A stretch of 64,000 nt of DNA from an uncultured virus (IMG/VR IMGVR_UViG_649633043_000004) (IMGVR_UViG_649633043_000004), one strand, 5' to 3'; positions 53,806 through 64,000 are shown, numbered from the stretch's first letter. The notes: generated by a model not told the origin, from the sequence alone. Numbers and translations are program-made.

Positions 53806-56520
53806 ATGGCTGACAGAATTAAAGGCATAACTGTTGAAATTGGCGGCGATACGACCGGCCTCTCGAAGGCTCTGTCTGGCGTCAACAAGGAAATCAAAAG
53901 CACCCAGACACAGCTGAAGGATGTGAATAAGCTCCTGAAGCTCGATCCGACCAACACCACTCTGCTCGAGCAGAAGCAGAAGCTCCTGCAGACCGCTATC
54001 ACGGAAACAAAGGATAAGCTCTCCCAGCTCAAATCCGTCCAGGACCAGATGGATGAAGGCCTGAAAAACGGCACCGTCACGCAACAGCAGTATGACGCGT
54101 GGCAGCGGGAAATCATCGAAACCGAGAACGAGCTGAAGAACCTCGAGAAGGAAGTCAAGAATACCGACTCCTCTATCGAGGCGACGCTCAAAGAAACCGG
54201 CTCCAAGATGCAGGAGGTCGGCGGGAAAATATCCGGCGTGGGCGAATCTCTCTCCAAAGGCGTGACGGCTCCGATTGCTGCTATCGGCGCGGCTTCTCTC
54301 GCGGCGTTCAGCGAGGTGGATTCCGGGCTTGATATCGTCGAACAGAAAACCGGCGCTACCGGAGATGCCCTCGAGGAAATGAACCAGATCGTAAAGGACC
54401 TGGCTACAGAAATCCCGACTGATTTTGAAACCGCTGGCTCCGCAGTCGGCGAGGTCAATACCCGTTTCGGACTTACCGGGCAGGCCCTTGACGACCTTTC
54501 AGCGAAGTTTATCAAATTCGCATCTCTGAACGATACGGATGTTTCGACCTCTGTCGATAACGTCTCCTCGGTTCTAAACGCCTTCGGCCAGTCAACAAAC
54601 GATGCCGGGAACCTCCTCGATGCTCTGAACGCCACAGGTCAGGCGACCGGTATCTCAATGGATACGCTTGCCAACGACCTCTCCCAGAACGCGGCGCAGT
54701 TCAAGGAAATGGGACTGACCGCGCAGGAGGCTGCCGGATTCATGGGCATGGTCGAGATGTCAGGTCTTGATACCTCCACTGCTATGGCAGGTCTTAAGAA
54801 AGCCATGAAGAACGCCGCCGATGACGGCATCTCCCTTGACGATGCGATGAAGAATTTTTCGGAGACGATGAATTCCAATGCATCCGATACTGATAAGCTA
54901 TCCGCCGCCTATGACCTATTCGGCAGCAAGGCAGGTGCGGCAATCTACAATGCCGTGCAGACCGGGAAGCTGAACCTTGATGATTTATCCGGCTCTCTCG
55001 GCGACTTTGCGGGAAGCGTCGACAACACATTTAATGAAACCCTCGATCCTATCGACCAGTTTCAGATGACGCTGAACTCGCTGAAGGAAGTCGGCGCGGA
55101 TATCGGAAACAGCCTCGCGACCGTCCTTCAGCCGGTGCTGCAGGATATCTCGGCTGCCCTCCAGCGGTTTGCAGATGTGTGGAATTCCATCCCCGCTCCC
55201 GTTCAGGAGACCATTGTAAAGATCGCCCTTGTCGCGGCTGCAGTCGGACCTGTGCTGATTGTAGTCGGCAAGCTCATCACATCGGTCGGTACGATTCTCA
55301 CGATCATCCCGAAGATATCCTCGGCGATGGCTGTGGTGAAAACCGGCATGGCCGCGTTAAACGGCGTAATGGCAGCGAATCCTATCGGGCTGATTATCAC
55401 AGCAATCGGACTGCTGGTAGCCGCATTTATTTATCTCTGGAACAACTGTGAGAGCTTCCGGAACTTCTGGATAAATCTCTGGGACAACATCAAGGAAGTC
55501 GCAGTCACTGTGTTTACGGCGCTGAAGGACTTCTTCGTCACAATATGGGAGGCAATCAAGAATGTATTCACATCGGCTGTAAACGGAATCAGCAGCTTTC
55601 TGTCCGGTGCGTGGAATGGAATAAAAACTGTCGCAACAACCGTGATGAATGCCATCAGCACGGTGATCCAGACGGTCTGGAATGGCATCAAGACATTCTT
55701 CACCACAATATTTTCTGCAATACAGACTGTCGTGACGACTTATTTCAATATCTATAAAACTGTGATAACCACGGTGCTGAACGCGATAAAAACCGTGGTT
55801 ACGACCGTATGGAACGCCATAAAGACAGCCATCACGACTGTGGTCAATGCCATAAAGACTGTGGTTACTACGGCTTGGAATGGGATAAAGACGGTCACCT
55901 CAACGGTTTTCAATGCCGTGAAATCCGTAGCAACTTCCGTCTGGAACGGCATCAAGTCCGCTGTGATGAATGCCGTGAACACGATGAAATCCGGAATCAG
56001 CTCCGCCTTCAACGCGATCAAGAGCACGATCAGCGGAATCCTGAACGGCATCAAGAGTACCTTCAGTTCCGTATTCAACGGCATCTGGAGCTTTGTCTCC
56101 GGCATCGTGAGCAAGCTGAAATCGGTATTCAACTTCAGCTGGAGCCTGCCGAAAATCAAGCTCCCACATTTCTCTATCACAGGCAGTTTCAGTCTGAACC
56201 CGCCAAGCATACCGCACTTTTCCGTCTCCTGGTACAAGAAAGCGATGGACGGCGGCATGATTTTGAAAGACGCGACCATCTTCGGACAGTCCGGCAATAC
56301 GCTCCTTGGCGGAGGCGAGGCTGGCGCAGAAGCTGTGGTCGGCGTGAACTCCCTGCGGAACATGATAAAGGACGCGGTCAGCGAGAACATCGGAAACAGC
56401 GGTCCGGTTATCAATATTGAAACCATGAGCGTCCGCAGTGACGACGACATACGGAAAATCTCTCAGCAGCTCAACAACCTGCTGGTGGCAAGCAGACGCG
56501 CGAAAGGATCGGTGATCTGA
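53806..56520 (+). CDS. Tail tape measure protein
   Basis: RIKGITVEIGGD N-terminus; ~11-residue W/F-spaced amphipathic repeats; GGEAGAEAV. Confidence 0.93.
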   Translation: MADRIKGITVEIGGDTTGLSKALSGVNKEIKSTQTQLKDVNKLLKLDPTNTTLLEQKQKLLQTAITETKDKLSQLKSVQDQMDEGLKNGTVTQQQYDAWQREIIETENELKNLEKEVKNTDSSIEATLKETGSKMQEVGGKISGVGESLSKGVTAPIAAIGAASLAAFSEVDSGLDIVEQKTGATGDALEEMNQIVKDLATEIPTDFETAGSAVGEVNTRFGLTGQALDDLSAKFIKFASLNDTDVSTSVDNVSSVLNAFGQSTNDAGNLLDALNATGQATGISMDTLANDLSQNAAQFKEMGLTAQEAAGFMGMVEMSGLDTSTAMAGLKKAMKNAADDGISLDDAMKNFSETMNSNASDTDKLSAAYDLFGSKAGAAIYNAVQTGKLNLDDLSGSLGDFAGSVDNTFNETLDPIDQFQMTLNSLKEVGADIGNSLATVLQPVLQDISAALQRFADVWNSIPAPVQETIVKIALVAAAVGPVLIVVGKLITSVGTILTIIPKISSAMAVVKTGMAALNGVMAANPIGLIITAIGLLVAAFIYLWNNCESFRNFWINLWDNIKEVAVTVFTALKDFFVTIWEAIKNVFTSAVNGISSFLSGAWNGIKTVATTVMNAISTVIQTVWNGIKTFFTTIFSAIQTVVTTYFNIYKTVITTVLNAIKTVVTTVWNAIKTAITTVVNAIKTVVTTAWNGIKTVTSTVFNAVKSVATSVWNGIKSAVMNAVNTMKSGISSAFNAIKSTISGILNGIKSTFSSVFNGIWSFVSGIVSKLKSVFNFSWSLPKIKLPHFSITGSFSLNPPSIPHFSVSWYKKAMDGGMILKDATIFGQSGNTLLGGGEAGAEAVVGVNSLRNMIKDAVSENIGNSGPVINIETMSVRSDDDIRKISQQLNNLLVASRRAKGSVI

Positions 56521-58424
56521 TGGGCTTTAAATTCAACGGCATAACTTCCCAGTCGATGGAACTTGCTACCCGGCAGACTGCCGAGAACCGCATGCCGGAC
56601 TTTACAAACAATACGATCACCGTTCCCGGACGCGAGGGCGTATTCGACTTTGGAGAAACCATCGGCGAACGCAAGATAGAAATATCCTGCTTTATACCGC
56701 CGGGCAAGTCTGACGAGGACTTTCTCGCCCGGAAGGATGAGATCATCGCGTGGCTTAATCCCGACATCGGACTATGCCCGCTCATCCTCGACAAGGAGCC
56801 GGGACGGGTGTATCAGGCAAGGCTTGAGGGCGGATTTTCCTTCGACAAGGCCGTGCGGAACTCCTGCACCTTCGACCTGACATTTTTATGCCCTGATCCG
56901 TATGCGTATGCGGAGAATGATGAAACCTACGAGATAACAGATACCGGCGAGCATACAGTCAGCCGTTCCCTCGGTAACGCCGACTCCCTTCCGGTCTATT
57001 CCGTTGTAGCCGACCTTGCCAAGGGAAAGAGCACCATCATCACCACGAACGGCAGCAGCCTGCAGATAAACGGCGTGCTTACGGAAAGCGAGATTCTTGT
57101 AATCGACTCCTCGCTTATGACTGCGAAGGTCACGGACGCTGACGGCAATACGCTCCGAAACGGCCTGCCGCTTCTGGAGAGCTTAAACTTCCCGGCGCTC
57201 AAGGTCGACGATAATACGGTAAAGGTTGAAGCGGACAGCACCACGCAGGTAACGGTACAGACATTAAATTCGCAGGACAAGTTCACCGGTCAGGTTCCTT
57301 CTTCATGGGGAGCGGACGGCCTGTGGCGGTTCAACGAGTCAGCGCCAGATTCCGAGTATTATCTCGCTGATTCATCCGGAAATGACCGCAAGGCATATAT
57401 CAATAACTGGAGCGGCACGACAGCGTCACTTCAGACCGGACACCTCGGTCGCTCCTTCCGCATGAACATCAATAATCCGTCCACAGAGCAGTCCTATCTC
57501 AAGGTCAGCAATGACGGCACGATCTTTGCAAATATCGGCAAGACGCTCGTTGTCGGCGGATGGTTCATGCCTACGACCTATTCCGTCGGAAATACCTTTT
57601 GCCCACTGCTCAATACCCGGTACGGCTCCGGCAATCCGATATTCTACCTGTCGCTGCATTCCGGGAAGCCGAGACTGATGCTGTACAACTCATCCGGGAC
57701 GCTGATCCTCGACAAGGACTACACGCCGAGCATCACGCTGACAAACGGACAGTGGTATTTCCTTGCCGCTGTCATACGACCGGACGACAAGGTGGCGCAG
57801 TATGTCCTTGGCAGCCGCTCATCAGGAGAAGTTTGGATATCTGATGAGACGAGTTATTCCGGCGAGCTGAACCGCTCCTGCACGGCTGACCTCATCTGGG
57901 GAATGCATGCCGATTCCTACTGGTTCGCTGGAAACTTTGACGACTGGTTCTTAGACTGCGACTCCTCACTGACGGCGGACGATATCGCTCTGTGGTTTCA
58001 GGAATCGCTTTCGGCAAACGCGGCGGATTCTACGGCGGATGTGGACGGGCTTACGGCCTCGGATACGGTGACGCTCAAAGCGACTGATTCTGTCTACGCG
58101 ACGAGCGGCTATCTTACGACCGCCGCTGTGGAATATGGCATCACTGGGAAATGCTATGCTGCGGTTTCCGCTGATACTCCGACAGGAACATCTGTCGTTT
58201 TGGAAACATCCACATCGGATGATCTTTCCACCTGGAGTGACTGGGCAACGCCGGATTCAGTCGGTCTGATCCAGTCTGATTCGGCAAAGTACATCAGGTT
58301 CCGTGTGACGCTTGCGACGACGGATTCATCGGTAACACCAACGGTAAGAAATATTACGATCTCTACGCCCGGAGAGTCGGCTTTTAAGAAATTAACGATA
58401 CAGGCACGGAGCAGATGGAGATGA
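56520..58424 (+). CDS. Distal tail protein (Dit) with an inserted LamG/concanavalin-like domain
   Basis: FKFNGITS, VPGREG, FLCPDPYAY; insertion GLWRFNE...DSSGN...WYFLA...GNFDD; ends ARSRWR. Confidence 0.82.
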   Translation: MGFKFNGITSQSMELATRQTAENRMPDFTNNTITVPGREGVFDFGETIGERKIEISCFIPPGKSDEDFLARKDEIIAWLNPDIGLCPLILDKEPGRVYQARLEGGFSFDKAVRNSCTFDLTFLCPDPYAYAENDETYEITDTGEHTVSRSLGNADSLPVYSVVADLAKGKSTIITTNGSSLQINGVLTESEILVIDSSLMTAKVTDADGNTLRNGLPLLESLNFPALKVDDNTVKVEADSTTQVTVQTLNSQDKFTGQVPSSWGADGLWRFNESAPDSEYYLADSSGNDRKAYINNWSGTTASLQTGHLGRSFRMNINNPSTEQSYLKVSNDGTIFANIGKTLVVGGWFMPTTYSVGNTFCPLLNTRYGSGNPIFYLSLHSGKPRLMLYNSSGTLILDKDYTPSITLTNGQWYFLAAVIRPDDKVAQYVLGSRSSGEVWISDETSYSGELNRSCTADLIWGMHADSYWFAGNFDDWFLDCDSSLTADDIALWFQESLSANAADSTADVDGLTASDTVTLKATDSVYATSGYLTTAAVEYGITGKCYAAVSADTPTGTSVVLETSTSDDLSTWSDWATPDSVGLIQSDSAKYIRFRVTLATTDSSVTPTVRNITISTPGESAFKKLTIQARSRWR

Positions 58425-59800
58425 CGGCTGTGGCTGATACAAAACTTGTGGTCCTCGACCAGAACGGCAGTCAGGAAGCCGTCCTCGACAACGCCTACGA
58501 CATCATCATTACCGGCGAGATAAACGGCATCGACACGCTGGAATTTAACCTGCCCTTCCGGGATGAGAAAAGGAAATATCTCGAAAACGAGAAACAGGTC
58601 AAGGTCGGCGATGATGCCTACCGCATAAGGACTCTGACCGATGAGAAAAATGAACAAGGCACAACGATCACCTCTGTGTATGCCGAGGCAGCATTCTACG
58701 ACCTCGGCTTTTCTGTCAAGAAGGCAGAGACCACATTCAATGCCGATACCGCTGATGTGCCGATTGAATATGCCCTGAAGGACACGGACTGGACGCTCGG
58801 TACGGTTACCACCCGCACGAAGCGCACATGGACCTGTCAGGAGAAAAACGCGCTGGCTATCCTCCGTCAGGTGCAGAACCTTCACGGCGGCGATCTGATT
58901 TTCGATAATGCCAACAAGACCGTGAGCCTGCTGACCTTCAGCGGGACGGACTCCGGAGCACTGTTCTGTTACAAGAAGAACATGAAGTCGATAAAGCGCG
59001 TCATCGATACGCAGAGCCTGATCACCCGGCTGTACGCTTATGGCAAGGACGGTATGACCTTCGCAAGTATCAATGACGGCAAGGAATATGTCGAGGACAC
59101 GACTTATACAAACGAAATCCGGGTATCAACGCTCGACTGCTCCAGCTTCACAAATCCTTATCAGATGCTGGAATACGCCGAGATGAGACTGGCAGATTAC
59201 GCCGCACCGAGGATTTCCTATGTTCTGAACGCGATGGATTTATCTGTTCTTACCGGCTACGAGCATGAAGCGTGGAAGCTCGGCGACATCGTGACGGTCA
59301 AGGACGACGAGCTGAATCTTTCCATCAAAACGAGAATCGTCCGCAGAGAATATAACCTACGGGAACCGTGGAACACGGTTCTGGAGCTTTCCACCACGCT
59401 CCGGGAACTTGGCGATTCGTCCTCGCAGTGGGACGCCGCCGCGGATATGCTCTCCGGCGCTGACCTCGTGGACAGCCAGGAAATGAAGGACCTTGTACCG
59501 TTCAACCATCTGAAAAATTCCAGAGCGGATTCCGGCTTAAATTACTGGGAGAACTCCGGCTTTGAGGTGGATTCAGAGAACGGTGTGTCCGGCACGGCGT
59601 CCTTCAAATGCGAAGGTGCTCTCAATACGACAAAGAGCCTGACGCAGACCGTCACTCCGGCAAACCGCGACAGCTATACCTTCTCCTGCCAGATCGCGTC
59701 CGAGGATTTATCTATGGGCGACAACGGCCAGGTCGGTATCGAGGTGACATTCGAATATGAGGATGGTACGACCGAGACTCGGTTCATTGACCTGATTTGA
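58415..59800 (+). CDS. Tal/tail-spike (prophage tail endopeptidase family) protein
   Basis: EINGIDTLEF, LITRLYAYGKDG, LGDIVTVKD; C-terminal partial carbohydrate-binding-like sandwich. Confidence 0.85.
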   Translation: MEMTAVADTKLVVLDQNGSQEAVLDNAYDIIITGEINGIDTLEFNLPFRDEKRKYLENEKQVKVGDDAYRIRTLTDEKNEQGTTITSVYAEAAFYDLGFSVKKAETTFNADTADVPIEYALKDTDWTLGTVTTRTKRTWTCQEKNALAILRQVQNLHGGDLIFDNANKTVSLLTFSGTDSGALFCYKKNMKSIKRVIDTQSLITRLYAYGKDGMTFASINDGKEYVEDTTYTNEIRVSTLDCSSFTNPYQMLEYAEMRLADYAAPRISYVLNAMDLSVLTGYEHEAWKLGDIVTVKDDELNLSIKTRIVRREYNLREPWNTVLELSTTLRELGDSSSQWDAAADMLSGADLVDSQEMKDLVPFNHLKNSRADSGLNYWENSGFEVDSENGVSGTASFKCEGALNTTKSLTQTVTPANRDSYTFSCQIASEDLSMGDNGQVGIEVTFEYEDGTTETRFIDLI

Positions 59801-59812
59801 GGAGGTATTCAG

Positions 59813-60007
59813 ATGGCTTCTTTTAATCATATGGCGCAAGCGGTTTCTCCGCAAAATGGACGCGTGAAGAAAATCCGCATCCGCGTCTGCGTGACGGACT
59901 GCACCGGCACAATTTACATCACGGATATGTTCCTGCAGGGCGGCTCTATCGCGACCGGCTGGGTGGGACATGTCAGCGAGATTCAGTGGACGCAGGACGG
60001 TGACTGA
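59813..60007 (+). CDS. Small tail protein, C-terminal half of a CBM-like beta-sandwich
   Basis: Own RBS GGAGGT; IRIRVCVTDCTGTIYITDMFLQGG; in frame with the upstream gene. Confidence 0.7.
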   Translation: MASFNHMAQAVSPQNGRVKKIRIRVCVTDCTGTIYITDMFLQGGSIATGWVGHVSEIQWTQDGD

Positions 60008-60009
60008 TT

Positions 60010-60591
60010 ATGCCGATATTCACAAGATTCACGGAGACAATCGATAAGAAAGAGGATAAGCGGATCGTGAGCGTCACCGTAAAGCCTGTGGTCACCGACT
60101 GCACCGGGACATTCTGGTTTACAGACCTCATGCTGCAGGAAGGCGCGATGCTTTCCGGGTATGTCATCAATACCGAGACCTTGCAAAAGAAGTATGCGAC
60201 CGGCGATGAATACGCTGTTTCCGGGAAGCGGTTCTTCAACGGTATCGTCAGAGGGAGCGCCACCTGCATTATTTTTAATCTCGGCAAGACCTCGACCGGA
60301 CTTGACTGGAAAATCTATCCAAACCAGAACATGGCTGCCGGGAGCATTTCTCTCGGACTCGGTGCGGGAGCGCATAAGGCGACCTTCACGAAAGCGGCAA
60401 GTGCTGGTGATGAACTCTCGCTCCTTGCCTCAACAAGAGAATGCCTGAAAAACGGATCAGCGACAGACAAGGACGGCTTCTTTCAGTACTCCGCCGCCGG
60501 AGACAGCAAGCATCCGGTTACGGTTGAGGAGAAGAAGTCGGCAAGGCTGTATGTGGAGTTTCAGGAGATGGAGGACGGTGATGTGATATGA
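60010..60591 (+). CDS. Tail-associated protein whose N-terminus is paralogous to the 59813 protein
   Basis: VTVKPVVTDCTGTFWFTDLMLQEG. Confidence 0.75.
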   Translation: MPIFTRFTETIDKKEDKRIVSVTVKPVVTDCTGTFWFTDLMLQEGAMLSGYVINTETLQKKYATGDEYAVSGKRFFNGIVRGSATCIIFNLGKTSTGLDWKIYPNQNMAAGSISLGLGAGAHKATFTKAASAGDELSLLASTRECLKNGSATDKDGFFQYSAAGDSKHPVTVEEKKSARLYVEFQEMEDGDVI

Positions 60592-63068
60592 GTCTGGATA
60601 TCTTAAAAGGCCGCAAATGCATGGTCTGGACGTTCATGGGAAACGCCCGGATGTACACTGCTCTTAAGAATTACGGAGACCGCCTCTCGCAGGTAGGTCT
60701 CTTTTCTTTTAAGGTGGACGCTACAGGGACGATTACCGAGAGCGGTGTAGCCATATCCGACATGCTGACGTACATCAATAAATATCCGCATATCACATGG
60801 CTGCTGACCGTCCGCAATGACGGCGTGGCGAGTGTGTTCACCTCTCTCCGGGATAATACCGATGGAGCGCAGGACACCTTTCTCTCAGAGCTTGTGCGGA
60901 TCATGGAGAAATATCCGTGGTGCGACGGCGTGGATATCGACCTCGAGCGCGGCGGCGATTATTCCACGGCGGCAGCTTCAACCACTATGTTCCGTAATAT
61001 CTGGAACACGGTAAAGAGCTACGATTCCTCGAAGCTCGTCAATATCTGCCTTCCGGGCATGGATTCCATAAACGGCTCGGTCGGCGGCGAGAACTGGTGC
61101 GTGTATGCTGACCTCAATCCGTACTGCGACACAGCGGCCATCATGAGCTACGGCATGGCGTGGGCAGGCTCCGCTCCCGGGCCGGTCTCTCCAAAGGACT
61201 GGCTTGACGGCATCTACGATTACGCCGTGACAGCTATGACGCCGGACAAGGTATTCATGGGACTTCCGGCTTACGGATGGAACTGGCAGATTTATGATCT
61301 TCCGGAAAACCTCGGAAAGACCTACCGCGGCACATCCAACACCTACTATGCCGCCAAGAACTGGATGACCGGCAAATACAACTTCACGGACGACGCTGCT
61401 CCGCAGCCGTTCATTCCGATCCTCGCCTACTGGGACGACTACAACAAGGTGCCGTATGCCTTCCCGCAGGTCTACGACTTCATGGAAGGTCAGGACGCTG
61501 CAAGCTATGAATATCCTCTGATGAGTGGAACCTACAACCGCAGGCGGTACCTTACTGCCTACAGCAAGCAGCAAAGTGTGTCATTCGGTACGATAACCGT
61601 CGACCGTGACGGAACGCCTGACAGTTACTCGGGCATCGTATCCTATGATAACGGCATCGCTGTCCTCGGCGACGAGGGCGAAGCAACATATACCTTCAAC
61701 ATCTCGTCTGCCGGAACATATGACATCGCCGTTCGGCTTTGCTATCCGTTCTGGGATAAGAACGGGATCTATGTGAGCATTGACGGAACGCAGACGCACT
61801 TCACCGAGTCGAGGCTCTGGTGGCCGTACTGGAGAAGTACCTTCTGGGCATCGCTTGAGGACGGCATCACGCTTTCCGCCGGAACGCATACCATTACAGT
61901 TTCAGTCGACGTGAAAGGCGTGCAGTTCTACGGCTTTCGTGTCTGCTCTGATTTCTCGGAGAAGCCGACCGCAGGAAGCGCGTCATTTACGCTGTCTCCA
62001 CGGCATTTCATCGATGTGGACGGCAACGAATGTCAGCCGGACAAGGGCTTCAAGCTGACGACTGAGGTCCTCCGAAGGAAACCGGACTCGGCACTCATCT
62101 GGTATGAGGATTTCGAGGACTACGGTATTCTCGACACCGCTTATTGGAATATTATCAGCGGTTCATGGAAGGTCTGGCGGTCGGATGAATATTCCGAGAG
62201 CCGTGTTTATTCGCAGCTTGACGGCAGCGGACAGTTTGCGTGGAACTATGACGGATTTAAGGACATCCACCTGCGGGCGAGATTGGCGTTCCCGGCAGGA
62301 AGCACTGGCAAGGCTGGTATCTTCTGCGGCAGTCTTTTCTGCTGCCTGAACTACAACAGTCAGGCCGTAGAGCTGTGGAACGGAAGCACCAAGCTCGGCA
62401 GCTACTCGCAGTCGATCCAGCAAACACCATCGTCAGACCTGCGAACTGATCCGACAACCTACACCATCGAGATGCGGATCAGAGGCAGCACGGTGCGCGT
62501 CTATTCCGGCGCGTCAAACACGCTGCGGTTCACGGCTACGGTCAACGGATTCTCAGGAGGAACCGCCGGATACCAATCAGACCAGAGAACAGTCTGCGAA
62601 CTGCTCCGCATGGGCGACTCTTGGACGTATGAGCCTTATGAGCAGTTCGACGTCACCTTCCCAGATGGCTCGGTCACGCAGTACGGCAGAATCAGCCGGA
62701 GCAACTGCACCTGGGACGAGGAGTTTCAGGTATTCACGCTGACATCGGATATTGAGGAATCGGCAACACGGTCTGAATCCATCTCAATGGACTACGAGTT
62801 CTACCACTCTGGACAGCTCAACCTCGAATGCGGGAAGGACTACACGGTGACGATCACGCCGAAGGACATCGACATCTGGATCTCGCGGCTTTTCCTCGGA
62901 GACGCGGACGGATTTTCCATCCTCTATTATCAGGACGTGGATTCGCTCGTCTACTGGGCGAATCAGGCGGCGTACCACTGGGGACTTCGCGGCATCGCGA
63001 TCTGGTCGCTCGGGCAGGAGGATTTAAGGCTCTGGGAGGCATTGCCGAAACAGACCGACACCTCATAA
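60588..63068 (+). CDS. Glycoside hydrolase family 18 protein with inserted beta-sandwich domains
   Basis: DGVDIDLE (DxxDxDxE), IMSYG, FMGLPAYG, GLRGIAIWSLGQED. Confidence 0.88.
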   Translation: MSLDILKGRKCMVWTFMGNARMYTALKNYGDRLSQVGLFSFKVDATGTITESGVAISDMLTYINKYPHITWLLTVRNDGVASVFTSLRDNTDGAQDTFLSELVRIMEKYPWCDGVDIDLERGGDYSTAAASTTMFRNIWNTVKSYDSSKLVNICLPGMDSINGSVGGENWCVYADLNPYCDTAAIMSYGMAWAGSAPGPVSPKDWLDGIYDYAVTAMTPDKVFMGLPAYGWNWQIYDLPENLGKTYRGTSNTYYAAKNWMTGKYNFTDDAAPQPFIPILAYWDDYNKVPYAFPQVYDFMEGQDAASYEYPLMSGTYNRRRYLTAYSKQQSVSFGTITVDRDGTPDSYSGIVSYDNGIAVLGDEGEATYTFNISSAGTYDIAVRLCYPFWDKNGIYVSIDGTQTHFTESRLWWPYWRSTFWASLEDGITLSAGTHTITVSVDVKGVQFYGFRVCSDFSEKPTAGSASFTLSPRHFIDVDGNECQPDKGFKLTTEVLRRKPDSALIWYEDFEDYGILDTAYWNIISGSWKVWRSDEYSESRVYSQLDGSGQFAWNYDGFKDIHLRARLAFPAGSTGKAGIFCGSLFCCLNYNSQAVELWNGSTKLGSYSQSIQQTPSSDLRTDPTTYTIEMRIRGSTVRVYSGASNTLRFTATVNGFSGGTAGYQSDQRTVCELLRMGDSWTYEPYEQFDVTFPDGSVTQYGRISRSNCTWDEEFQVFTLTSDIEESATRSESISMDYEFYHSGQLNLECGKDYTVTITPKDIDIWISRLFLGDADGFSILYYQDVDSLVYWANQAAYHWGLRGIAIWSLGQEDLRLWEALPKQTDTS

Positions 63069-63092
63069 CTTCATAAATCACAGAGTTTTTTC

Positions 63093-63128
63093 AAGGCTGT
63101 CAGCGTACCACTGGCGGCCTTTCATTTT
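63093..63128 (+). terminator. Hairpin/terminator before the lysis genes
   Basis: AAGGCTGTCAG...CTGGCGGCCTT + TCATTTT. Confidence 0.5.
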
Positions 63129-63155
63129 GCTCAAAATCAAAGGAGGGACATTTTG

Positions 63156-63569
63156 ATGAAGGAATTCTGGAACACCATACAGCTCATTTTCGCGGCCATC
63201 GGAGGATGGCTCGGCTACTTTCTCGGAGGATGCGACGGGCTTCTTATCGCGCTGATCATCTTCGTGGTCTGCGACTACATTACCGGCGTGCTCTGCGCCA
63301 TCGCGGACAAGAAGCTCTCGTCTGCAGTTGGATTCAAAGGAATCTGCAGGAAAGTCTTGATCTTCATTCTGGTCGGCATCGCCAACATCCTCGACATCCA
63401 CGTGCTCGGACATGAGGGCGTGCTGAGAACCGCAATCATATTCTTCTACATTTCGAATGAAGGTCTTTCTCTCACTGAGAACGCCGCACATCTCGGACTT
63501 CCGATTCCCGGCAAGCTCAAGGATGTGCTTGAACAGCTTCACGACAGAAACGACAAGGAGGAACAGTAA
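63156..63569 (+). CDS. Phage holin (toxin secretion/phage lysis holin family)
   Basis: DYITG, SSAVGFKGI, NEGLS..EN...LGLPIP; TM segments. Confidence 0.9.
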   Translation: MKEFWNTIQLIFAAIGGWLGYFLGGCDGLLIALIIFVVCDYITGVLCAIADKKLSSAVGFKGICRKVLIFILVGIANILDIHVLGHEGVLRTAIIFFYISNEGLSLTENAAHLGLPIPGKLKDVLEQLHDRNDKEEQ

Positions 63570-63571
63570 TT

Positions 63572-64000
63572 ATGGCTATCAAGGGAATAGACGTATCGGT
63601 CTGGCAGGGAAACATCGACTTTGGCAAGGTCAAAGTGTCAGGCATCAATTTTGTGATTATCCGCGCCGGATACGGCAACGGGAACAAGGACAAATGGTTC
63701 GATGAGAACTACCGGAAAGCAAAAGCAGCCGGGCTCCACATCGGCGCATACTGGTATTCATACGCCACATCCGCTGACGGTGCGAAGCAGGAAGCGCAGT
63801 CCTGCGCCAAGGTGCTCTCAGGCAAGCAGCTTGATTACCCGGTCTACTTCGACATCGAGGAGAAGTCCCAGCTTTCGCGCGGGAAGGATTTCTGCTCATC
63901 GCTCATCACGGCGTTCTGCACCGAGCTGGAGAATCATGGCTACTACGCAGGCTTTTATACTTCACTTTCCAGCCTGAACTCTGTGGTATCGGATGCCGTA
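63572..64000 (+). CDS. GH25 endolysin, truncated by the window end
   Basis: MAIKGIDVSVWQG, IIRAGYG, GAYWYSYA, VYFDIEE. Confidence 0.9.
   Translation, partial: MAIKGIDVSVWQGNIDFGKVKVSGINFVIIRAGYGNGNKDKWFDENYRKAKAAGLHIGAYWYSYATSADGAKQEAQSCAKVLSGKQLDYPVYFDIEEKSQLSRGKDFCSSLITAFCTELENHGYYAGFYTSLSSLNSVVSDAV

Larger units (their letters stand above)
14921..64000. mobile_element. Siphovirus prophage (phi-m46.1/phi1207.3-like gene order) with a left-arm defence operon; continues beyond the window
   Basis: Ordered replication, packaging, head, tail and lysis modules; left boundary inferred from the hsdM truncation; integrase not in the window. Confidence 0.85.

Noticed and set aside
55400..56130. Tandem-like repeats (TGGAACGGCATCAAG variants)
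   Set aside because: Coding repeats of the tape measure protein, not an array
56520..63068. Diversity-generating retroelement or tail shufflon
   Set aside because: No reverse transcriptase, template/variable repeat pair, invertase or inverted crossover sites seen

Overview
Entirely accessory DNA from a GC-rich Firmicute, probably Clostridia (inferred from gene families and RBS/promoter style). There are three blocks. (1) ~1-6.7 kb is a small integrative element: RelE/RelB-type toxin-antitoxin, large serine recombinase, TnpW-like peptide, two paralogous ribbon-helix-helix (RHH) proteins, a GC-rich non-coding gap, an AAA_25/RepA-type helicase with 9-bp iterons, and a divergent DUF6076-like gene. 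No relaxase is visible. (2) ~6.8-14.9 kb holds hypothetical and HTH genes plus a resident type I R-M locus. Its methyltransferase is fused to half an HsdS and is cut off exactly at the SAM-binding motif I. (3) ~14.9 kb to the window end is a siphovirus prophage resembling the phi-m46.1/phi1207.3 type, apparently integrated in that hsdM. Its left arm is one tightly coupled leftward defence operon: NBR1-Ig-domain protein, HTH, hsdM-hsdS-hsdR, Hachiman hamA-hamB, and GmrSD with an extra PUA-like domain. It continues with a control region lacking CI, a sigma-like factor, PolA-type replication genes, packaging, head and tail genes (evolved Dit, split tail beta-sandwich, GH18), a holin and a GH25 lysin truncated by the window end. 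All family assignments come from motif recognition by eye; no database searches were run.
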